Origin: Acholeplasmatales bacterium
GTDB taxonomy: Bacteria > Bacillota_I > Bacilli_A > Acholeplasmatales > UBA5453
NCBI GenBank assembly: GCA_050949105.1
Contig: JBMNFC010000009.1
Span: forward strand, 273 to 24,272
Direction of reading: 5' to 3'
Length of the DNA stretch: 24,000 nt
Part shown: positions 16,502 to 24,000 of the stretch, piece by piece
Numbering within the stretch: position 1 is the stretch's first letter
How the letters are laid out: each line of letters opens with the position of its first letter
Translations under genes and position numbers: made by a program
The notes under the pieces: generated by a model
Told to the model about the DNA's origin: nothing
Databases searched by the model: none
The model's input: the letters and a program-made list of their open reading frames with translations, nothing else

Positions 16502-19500
16502 ATGGGTAACGACACAAAAAATAAAATTGATTTAAACACTATAGAATTGCCAAGTAATGAGCCTAAATACCATGAGGAATATAAGGCTTATGCTACTATT
16601 TTAAAGAAGAAAATTGATGATATTAATATAAAAAACATTGGGATAGTAGCTCCATATGGTGCTGGGAAAAGTTCTTTATTAAAAACATATGTTGAGATGC
16701 AAACTAAAGAAGATAAAAACTTCAAAAATAGGGTAATATCAGTATCATTAGCTAATTATGGTTCAATTATAAAAAAACTTGCTAATAAAGAAGATAAACA
16801 AGATGATTTTAATGATGAACAAAATGTAGAAAAAAGCATACTACAACAATTGTTTTACAAAAATGATAATAAAAATACTCCATATTCTAGATTTAAAACT
16901 TTAAAAAATAAAACAAAGCAAAATATAGGTATAACGATATTGCTTTTGCTTTTATTTATGTCAATTTCCTTTTTGTCTTTTCAGTTTTTTGATAACATTT
17001 TTAAAATTAATTTTGCTCTTTTGTGCCATAAAATAGTTATAGGTGTAAATATATTAGTATTATTGGTAAGTTTAGGGGGTTTGCTTTTCATTGTTATAAA
17101 AAACAAATTCGTAAAGTCAGTTCAAGTTGGAAATCTTAATTTTGAAAAAAATGAAAGTGATTCTATATCTGTTTTTAATAAGTATTTAGATGAAATAATT
17201 TATTTTTTTCAAAAAAATGATTTTAATATTTTAATAATTGAGGATTTAGATAGATTTAACAATTTAGGAATTTTTTCAAAATTGAAAGAGTTAAATACTT
17301 TATTAAATAAAAATGATGCTATTATTAAAAAACATGGGAAAATTACATTTGTGTACGCAGTGAAAGATTCTATGTTTGAATGTGAAGAAGATAGAAGTAA
17401 ATTTTTTGAATTTATTTTGCCAGTAATGCCGTCTTTAACTTCAAAAAATGTTAAAGATGAGTTAGAAGATATGCTAAAAAAGAAATTTAAAAAAATGCCT
17501 TTGAGTTCGCAATTAGTAATAGATGTTTCCGATTATATTACTAGTAGAAGAATTCTTAATAATGTTGTTAGCGATTTTATCATTCATTTATTGATACTCA
17601 ATATTGATATGATTGATAAAGATAAAACAGATAAATTATTTAGTCTAATGGTTTTAAAAAACATATTACCACTAGAATATGAAAATTTACAAAACCAAAA
17701 CGAAAAATCGCTTATTTTTAAATTTTTAAATATAGTAAAAAAAGAAATAATTGATAAATTAGTCTCTGTTTATAAAGAAAAAATAAAGCAATATGAGGAA
17801 GAAATTAAAAAACAAGACAAAGAACATCTTGATTCAAAAGAGGATTTAAAAAATATATTTTATGGTTTAGTTTGCAGAAAATATTTCGAATATAGTCATA
17901 TCAAGTATGAATTAGATACTTTCATTGGAACGAATAAAATAAACATGAGTGCTAGAAATTACTATAATTCGTCAACTTTCACTGTTTCGGTTAAAGATAT
18001 TGAGACATCAAACAACTATGAAGACGGCTTTTTTTCAAAAAGAGAAAATGTAATACTACAAAAAATGAATTTTGATAAAAACAATATAATCAAAGAAATA
18101 AACAAATTAAAGAGAAAAATTAACGAATTAAATAATTTGACATTTAAAGAATTGTTTAATGACTATAATCAAGAATTTGATGATTTAAATTTTGAAAAAG
18201 AATATATTAGATTAGTATTAGTGAATGGTTATGTAGATGAGACATATATGGATTATCTTTCTGAACAGTCTGATTTTTTTATGACTTCTAATGACAAAGA
18301 GTTGATAAAAAAAATAAATTATAGAGAAAAAACAGGTTTTTTAGATAAAATAGATGAACCAGATAAAGTGGTTTTGGCTTTAGATGAAAATAAATTTGGC
18401 TATAAGTATGTTATGAATTATTTTATAATCAAAGAATTGATTAATAAGAAAAAGAAGTATTCAAAACAGTTTGAAAATTTCACAATGATGATAAAAAACG
18501 AAGAAGATAGTATCAAAGAAGCTTTAGAAGAGTTAGTTAATTCTGATTTAGATTATGATAGTATTTTAATAGTGTTATCTAAACATACAACCTATACATG
18601 GGATCTGATTTATAAAAGTAATTTAATTTCAGATGACAAAAAAGATGAGATGTTTTTTTTGTTGATAAACAGCGAAGAAATAAATATTGAAAATCTGAGT
18701 AACTTAAACCATAATGAGAATATTATTAAAAAAATAAATTCTGTTAAAAATTTTTGTCAAAAATTTAATTCTCAAACAATAACAATAGAAAAATTGCATG
18801 AAGAATTTAATCTTTATTTAAATGATGTTGGTGAAATAGTAAAAAATAAAAATTCTGATTTTGTTATAAAAAACAACTTATATGAATTAAACTTGAATAA
18901 TATAGTAAACATCTTAAAATACTATTATTCTGAAGAAGAAAAAGATATTAATTCAAGAAATTATGATGTTGTTTCTAATTTGGCAGAAGGATCATTTAAA
19001 GAAAGAATTACTGAAGATTTAAGTTCATACTTACAAATTATTTACAACAATTTAGACAATGGTGATTTGTCGATCGAAAAGTTAACTGAAATATTAATAA
19101 ATAAAGAAATAGATATAAATTTAAAGACGAAAATTATAGAAAAAGAGATTAATAACATAGATTATAATGTTAGTCTCGATAATGAAATTCTTGAATTACT
19201 ATTAAAAAAGAAAAGAATAAAGATGTCTTTAAATAACATAATAGATGTTTATAAAACAGTAGATGAAGAATTAATTAAAAATTATATAGAAGAAAACCAT
19301 AAAGATATGCAGATAACGGAAGAATTACTGAAAAATAATACAGAATTTAAAAGTTTTTTCTTTAACAGCGTAGATATCAGTCTGTTTATTGAAAAAATTG
19401 GAAGTGGCTATGACAATATATCAGCAATTGTAAATTCTAAAAACATTGAACTACTTTTAAACAATGAGTTGGTAACGTATTGTAAAGATGATTTTCGTAT

Positions 19501-19996
19501 TTTTTTAAACAAAGAAGTTCATTTAGAAAAATATTGTGAGTTATTTGGTGATAACATCCTCAATGAATGTTTGAATGGAACTATGATACCAAAATCGGAT
19601 GAAATTGTGACAATGTATTTTGCTACAAAAAAAAGTAAGGGGGAATTATTTAATTGGATTTTGAAGAGAATTACCGAAACAGAATTACAAGAAATTTTCA
19701 AAAAAGAAAACATTAATGATTTTATTAATTCAGTAGAAGATATAGATTGTTTAACTAATGATGTACGGAAATATATAATTAATGAAACAAATGATAAAGA
19801 AATAATTGAAAAAAATTTAATTTCTTTACATAAAAATGGTTACAAAGATTGGTTATCTATTTTTAGAGAGAAAAATAATTTTATCAAAAATAGTGTCTAT
19901 AGATATGAATATCATAATGAAGAATTTTATTATTTATTAAGAAGTAATGTCCATTGTAACCGTAGAAAAGGCGTTGCAACGATAAGATTTTCGTGA
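16502..19996 (+). CDS. YobI-like membrane P-loop NTPase (KAP/STAND-type ATPase), 1164 aa
   Basis: Walker A APYGAGKSS, Walker B-like ILIIEDLDRFNNLGIFSKLKELNTLLN, VYAVKDSMF...DRSKFFEFILPVMP (a YobI-ATPase signature as I remember it). Two predicted transmembrane segments (IGITILLLLLFMSISFLSF and IVIGVNILVLLVSLGGLLFIVI) sit between the Walker motifs. Strong GGGGGGAG SD. Confidence 0.75.
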   Translation: MGNDTKNKIDLNTIELPSNEPKYHEEYKAYATILKKKIDDINIKNIGIVAPYGAGKSSLLKTYVEMQTKEDKNFKNRVISVSLANYGSIIKKLANKEDKQDDFNDEQNVEKSILQQLFYKNDNKNTPYSRFKTLKNKTKQNIGITILLLLLFMSISFLSFQFFDNIFKINFALLCHKIVIGVNILVLLVSLGGLLFIVIKNKFVKSVQVGNLNFEKNESDSISVFNKYLDEIIYFFQKNDFNILIIEDLDRFNNLGIFSKLKELNTLLNKNDAIIKKHGKITFVYAVKDSMFECEEDRSKFFEFILPVMPSLTSKNVKDELEDMLKKKFKKMPLSSQLVIDVSDYITSRRILNNVVSDFIIHLLILNIDMIDKDKTDKLFSLMVLKNILPLEYENLQNQNEKSLIFKFLNIVKKEIIDKLVSVYKEKIKQYEEEIKKQDKEHLDSKEDLKNIFYGLVCRKYFEYSHIKYELDTFIGTNKINMSARNYYNSSTFTVSVKDIETSNNYEDGFFSKRENVILQKMNFDKNNIIKEINKLKRKINELNNLTFKELFNDYNQEFDDLNFEKEYIRLVLVNGYVDETYMDYLSEQSDFFMTSNDKELIKKINYREKTGFLDKIDEPDKVVLALDENKFGYKYVMNYFIIKELINKKKKYSKQFENFTMMIKNEEDSIKEALEELVNSDLDYDSILIVLSKHTTYTWDLIYKSNLISDDKKDEMFFLLINSEEINIENLSNLNHNENIIKKINSVKNFCQKFNSQTITIEKLHEEFNLYLNDVGEIVKNKNSDFVIKNNLYELNLNNIVNILKYYYSEEEKDINSRNYDVVSNLAEGSFKERITEDLSSYLQIIYNNLDNGDLSIEKLTEILINKEIDINLKTKIIEKEINNIDYNVSLDNEILELLLKKKRIKMSLNNIIDVYKTVDEELIKNYIEENHKDMQITEELLKNNTEFKSFFFNSVDISLFIEKIGSGYDNISAIVNSKNIELLLNNELVTYCKDDFRIFLNKEVHLEKYCELFGDNILNECLNGTMIPKSDEIVTMYFATKKSKGELFNWILKRITETELQEIFKKENINDFINSVEDIDCLTNDVRKYIINETNDKEIIEKNLISLHKNGYKDWLSIFREKNNFIKNSVYRYEYHNEEFYYLLRSNVHCNRRKGVATIRFS

Positions 19997-20027
19997 TTTT
20001 TAAGGAATTAATAAAGCAAAAATAGTT

Positions 20028-20066
20028 AAAGACACACGATGATTTTCATTGTTGTGTCTTTTTATA
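20028..20066 (+). terminator. rho-independent terminator after the YobI-like gene
   Basis: AAAGACACA-CGATGA-TTT-TCATTG-T-TGTGTCTTT, a near-continuous stem followed by TTT. Confidence 0.8.
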
Positions 20067-20142
20067 TAATCCACAAATATAGTGGATAACTAAATCATCA
20101 GATATCATATTAATATGATAGAATAATTAAAAGGAGTTTTTT

Positions 20143-22749
20143 ATGAAATTAGTCTTAATTGATGGAAATTCAATATTTTACAGGGCATACTACGCAACCG
20201 CTTATGGTAATGTGATGAAAAATAAAGATGGCTTATTTACTAATGCGATATTTGCGTTTATTAATATGATGGAGCCGATTTTAGAAGGTGATTATACTCA
20301 TATATTAGTTGCGTTTGATACGGATAAACCAACACATCGTCATTTAGCCTATGAAGATTATAAAGCGACACGCTCACCAATGCCTGATGAGATGGCTATT
20401 CAAATCCCTTTAATGCATGAATACTTACATCATAAAAACATTAAAACTTGTAGTATTGATGGCTATGAAGCTGATGATATTATTGGCACATACTCAAAGC
20501 TTGCTGATAATAATTTAAAGGTGGAAATTTATTCCTCTGACCAAGACTTGCTTCAATTAATAAATGATAATGTTACAGTTAAACTAATTAAAAAAGGAAC
20601 TAAAGATATTAGAGATATGAATCCTGAGACATTCTTAGAAGAATATGGTTTTCCATATGAGTCAATTGTTGATTATAAAGCTTTATTAGGAGATTCAAGC
20701 GATAATATTAAAGGTATTCCTGGAGTTGGAAAAGTAACGGCGAAGAACTTAATTTTACAGTATGGGTCACTAGAAAACATCTATAAACATAAAGATGAAA
20801 TAGCTGGTAAAGTTGGCGAAAATATTAGAGAAAATGAAAAGCTCGCCAAAGAAAGTTATGAACTATCTAGAATACTTACTAATGTTCCAGTAGAACTTAC
20901 ACTTGATGATTTATCTAAAAGTGAAGTTGACTATGAAAGTTTAATTGAGTTTTATAAGAATATGGATTTTCATTCATTTATTAAAAAGTTAGATGTTCCA
21001 ACATTAGAATCACAAGCGTTAACTCACAGTTTTAAAGTCGGTAAAAGTGAGGATTTAAATTACTTCATTAAAGATAATATTAGTATTTATTGTGAGTTTT
21101 TTGAATCTAATTATCACTTATCAGAAGTAGTTGGAATTGGATTAAGTGATGGAAAGAAATGTTTATTTGTAACTGAAGAAGAGATGTTGTCAAATAAAGC
21201 ATTTATGGACTTTTTAAGAAGCGAAAGACCTAAATATACTTATGATTATAAAGCTTTTAAAGTAAGACTTTTAAAACTAGGTTATGATATAAATGGAGTA
21301 GTGTTTGATTTATTGCTTGCAGCGTATTTGGATAATCCAGAAATAGTTAAGAAAAATGATTTTAAAGTTATTACGGGTTTTTATAATTATGATGATTTAG
21401 AATATGATGATTTAATTTATACTAAGAAGGCGACTAAAGTACTACCTGATGAAAAACGAGTTTATATAGAGCATATTACTAAAAAAGCAAAAGCAATTCA
21501 TAAATTAGAACTAGTGCTAATTGAAAAATTAAAGATTAACCAACAACTTAGTCTTTTATTAGATTTAGAAATTCCGCTATCAAGAGTTTTAGCAAAAATG
21601 GAATACAGTGGAATATACGTTGATAAAGCCATTTTAGGCGAACTAAAGCATGAGTATTCTAAAAGACTTAAAGACTTAGAAGAGCGCATTTATACGCTTG
21701 CGTTAAAAGAGTTTAATATTAATAGTCCTAAACAATTAGGCGAAGTTTTATTTGATGATTTAGGTTTAGAGCCATCGAAAAAGACGAAAACTAAAAACTA
21801 TTCAACTAATATTGAAGTTTTAAATAGTTTAGTTGATGATCATCCAATTATAAGAGAGATTATTGATTATCGTAGTGTTTCAAAATTATATGGAACATAT
21901 ATTGAAGGAATTGAAAATGTTATTTTTCCTGATGGTAAAGTTCATACAATATATAACCAAGCCTTAACAGCGACAGGAAGATTATCATCAATTGAACCTA
22001 ATTTACAAAATATTCCAATTAAGACTGAAGATGGTAGACAAATTAGAAGAATGTTTACTACTAATAATTATTTTGTGGGCGCTGACTATTCTCAGATTGA
22101 ACTTCGTGTTTTAGCCCATATGAGCGATTCTAAGACATTAATTGATGCTTTTAATAATGGTCTGGATATTCACACAGAAACGGCGAAAAAAGTCTTTAAT
22201 AAAGAAACTATTACTGATGAAGAACGAAGAAAAGCGAAAGCCGTTAACTTTGGAATTATTTATGGAATTAGCGCTTTTGGTTTATCTGAAGATCTTAAGA
22301 TTCCAAGATGGATGGCTCAAGAATTTATTGATAAGTACTTCTTAATTTATCCAGAAATTAAAGAGTTTTTAGATTCACAAGTTGAGTTTGCAAATAAGGA
22401 AGGCTATGTTAAGACAATTATGAATAGACGTAGGTATATTCCTGAGTTAAAAAGCTCAATTTATCCAACAAGAGAATTTGGTAAACGCACGAGTATGAAC
22501 GCGCCAATCCAAGGAAGTGCCGCCGACATTCTTAAAAAAGCGATGGTTGATTTAGATAATTATATTGTAAAAAATAATTTATCATCAAAAATATTATTAA
22601 CTGTTCATGACGAACTTATTTTAGAAGTTCCCGAACATGAGTTAAACTTAATGACTAAAGTTTTAAAAGAAACAATGATTAATACAGTGGAATTAAAAGT
22701 TTCTTTAAAAACTGAAGTTAAAGTTGGAAAGAGTTGGTATGATATTTAA
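20143..22749 (+). CDS. polA: DNA polymerase I (5'-3' exonuclease and polymerase; degenerate 3'-5' exonuclease domain)
   Basis: LIDGNSIFYRAYYA, GYEADDIIGT, LLGDSSDNIKGIPGVGKVTAKNLI, TATGRLSSIEPNLQNIPI, GADYSQIELRVLAHMS, RRKAKAVNFGIIYGIS, LLTVHDELILEV. AAGGAG SD. Confidence 0.97.
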   Translation: MKLVLIDGNSIFYRAYYATAYGNVMKNKDGLFTNAIFAFINMMEPILEGDYTHILVAFDTDKPTHRHLAYEDYKATRSPMPDEMAIQIPLMHEYLHHKNIKTCSIDGYEADDIIGTYSKLADNNLKVEIYSSDQDLLQLINDNVTVKLIKKGTKDIRDMNPETFLEEYGFPYESIVDYKALLGDSSDNIKGIPGVGKVTAKNLILQYGSLENIYKHKDEIAGKVGENIRENEKLAKESYELSRILTNVPVELTLDDLSKSEVDYESLIEFYKNMDFHSFIKKLDVPTLESQALTHSFKVGKSEDLNYFIKDNISIYCEFFESNYHLSEVVGIGLSDGKKCLFVTEEEMLSNKAFMDFLRSERPKYTYDYKAFKVRLLKLGYDINGVVFDLLLAAYLDNPEIVKKNDFKVITGFYNYDDLEYDDLIYTKKATKVLPDEKRVYIEHITKKAKAIHKLELVLIEKLKINQQLSLLLDLEIPLSRVLAKMEYSGIYVDKAILGELKHEYSKRLKDLEERIYTLALKEFNINSPKQLGEVLFDDLGLEPSKKTKTKNYSTNIEVLNSLVDDHPIIREIIDYRSVSKLYGTYIEGIENVIFPDGKVHTIYNQALTATGRLSSIEPNLQNIPIKTEDGRQIRRMFTTNNYFVGADYSQIELRVLAHMSDSKTLIDAFNNGLDIHTETAKKVFNKETITDEERRKAKAVNFGIIYGISAFGLSEDLKIPRWMAQEFIDKYFLIYPEIKEFLDSQVEFANKEGYVKTIMNRRRYIPELKSSIYPTREFGKRTSMNAPIQGSAADILKKAMVDLDNYIVKNNLSSKILLTVHDELILEVPEHELNLMTKVLKETMINTVELKVSLKTEVKVGKSWYDI

Positions 22750-23540
22750 TGCCTGAATTACCTGAGGTAAGAACCGTTGTTAAGTTCTTAAACACGTTAA
22801 AAAACAATCGGATTAGAAAAATAGAATCATATTTACCAAAAATGTTTTCTGATGAACTAGTAAAGAAAGTTACTAATCAAAAAATAAATGAAGTAGACTC
22901 TTTAGGTAAATATATTATTTTCCATTTAGATAATTATAATTTAATTAGTCATTTAAGAATGGAAGGAAAATATTTTTATAAGGATCATTATGAAAAAACA
23001 AAACATGATCATGTGATTTTCACATTAGATAAGGGGTATCTTTACTATAATGATGTAAGAAAGTTTGGAACCTTTGATTTAAGGGATAAAGAAGAAACCT
23101 TCACAACTCCACCTTTATCTAAATTAGGGAAAGAACCTTTTACAATCACAACAGATGAGTTGCTCAGCAAACTTAAAAATAGTAATAGGGCAATTAAGAC
23201 TTTATTACTTGACCAAAGTATTATTACGGGAATTGGAAATATTTATGCTGATGAGATTTTGTTTTTATCAAAGATAAACCCAAAAACTAAGGGGGCTATT
23301 ATTACTAAATCTCAAGCAGAAAGTTTAATTAAAAACTCAATTAAAGTCTTAAATGAGGCAATACGTCAAGGTGGAACTACCATTCATACATTTGCAACAA
23401 ATGATGGGCAAGGATGGTTTCAATTAAAGTTAAATGTTCATACAAAGGCTGGAAAGCCTTGTAAAGTCTGTGGTACTATTATTAAAAAAGAAAAAATAAA
23501 TGGGAGAATGAGTTATTATTGTGAAACCTGTCAAAGATAA
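22749..23540 (+). CDS. mutM: formamidopyrimidine-DNA glycosylase
   Basis: PELPEVRTVV N-terminus, GIGNIYADEILF, and C-terminal zinc finger CKVCG...YYCETCQR. Its start overlaps the polA stop (TAATG). Confidence 0.96.
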   Translation: MPELPEVRTVVKFLNTLKNNRIRKIESYLPKMFSDELVKKVTNQKINEVDSLGKYIIFHLDNYNLISHLRMEGKYFYKDHYEKTKHDHVIFTLDKGYLYYNDVRKFGTFDLRDKEETFTTPPLSKLGKEPFTITTDELLSKLKNSNRAIKTLLLDQSIITGIGNIYADEILFLSKINPKTKGAIITKSQAESLIKNSIKVLNEAIRQGGTTIHTFATNDGQGWFQLKLNVHTKAGKPCKVCGTIIKKEKINGRMSYYCETCQR

Positions 23541-24000
23541 AATTTTAATAGGGATTACTGGAGTGATTGCGAGTGGTAAAAGTTTAGTAACTAATTATTT
23601 AAGCGAATTAGGTTACTATACTATTAGTGCTGATGTAGTTAATCGTGAGTTACTAAATGAAGAAGTTCATATTAGAAATGTTAATTTGTTGCTTTTTAAC
23701 AAAAATAGTAATGAACTTTCTAAAAAGGAAATAAAAGAACTGATTTTTAATAATAGTGATGCTAAATTAAAATTAGAAGGTTATCTTCACCCTTTAATAA
23801 AGAAAAGAATCTTAAAACTTGTTAAAGAAAGTAAAGAAAAGATAATTTTTATTGAAGTACCGTTATTATTTGAGGCTAAATATTTATTTTTTGATAAAAT
23901 AATAACTGTCTATACTCCAAATAATATTACTTTAAAAAGATTAATGACTCGTGATAGAATAACCAAAGAACAAGCTAATAAACTAATTAATTCGCAAATG
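23521..24000 (+). CDS. coaE: dephospho-CoA kinase (partial, runs off the window)
   Basis: GTG at 23521 opens an uninterrupted frame to 24000: VKPVKDKILIGITGVIASGKSLVTNYLSELGYYTISADVVNREL...FIEVPLLFEAKYLFFDKIITVYTPNNITLKRLMTRD. Overlaps mutM by 20 nt. Missing from the ORF track because it has no stop in the window. Confidence 0.92.
   Translation, partial: MKPVKDKILIGITGVIASGKSLVTNYLSELGYYTISADVVNRELLNEEVHIRNVNLLLFNKNSNELSKKEIKELIFNNSDAKLKLEGYLHPLIKKRILKLVKESKEKIIFIEVPLLFEAKYLFFDKIITVYTPNNITLKRLMTRDRITKEQANKLINSQM

Noticed and set aside
19519-22345. Minus-strand ORFs 19519-19713 and 21498-21689, and plus-strand 22142-22345
   Set aside because: All overlap strong coding regions (YobI-like, polA) in the wrong frame and carry no SD.

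Overview
This is a low-GC, all-plus-strand window that looks like a Mollicutes-like or early-branching Firmicutes chromosome (Acholeplasma, Izemoplasma or Erysipelotrichia type). It uses standard TGG=Trp and has no sign of UGA=Trp recoding. Most of it is housekeeping: rbgA/ylqF, rnhB, topA, ftsY, ylxM, ffh, polA, mutM and the start of coaE. Four things stand out. (1) A block of broken reading frames runs from ~1.45 to 5.0 kb: a soluble FtsK/SftA-like translocase, a type I signal peptidase and a Fic-domain protein. At least six small indels occur there, several in short homopolymers, while the remaining ~19 kb reads intact. (2) A 1461-aa lipoprotein carries MucBP-like modules, a near-perfect 450-bp tandem duplication, three InlB/Flg_new-type repeats and a DUF6273-like C-terminus. 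(3) A 1164-aa, very AT-rich YobI-like membrane P-loop NTPase sits between ffh and polA, with an A8G6 tract directly in its start region. (4) There are several structured intergenic elements. I did not find a CRISPR array, a tRNA or rRNA, or an intact multi-gene defence system. The YobI-like NTPase and the modular lipoprotein are the best leads for new biology. All family names are assigned from remembered motifs and no database search was done.
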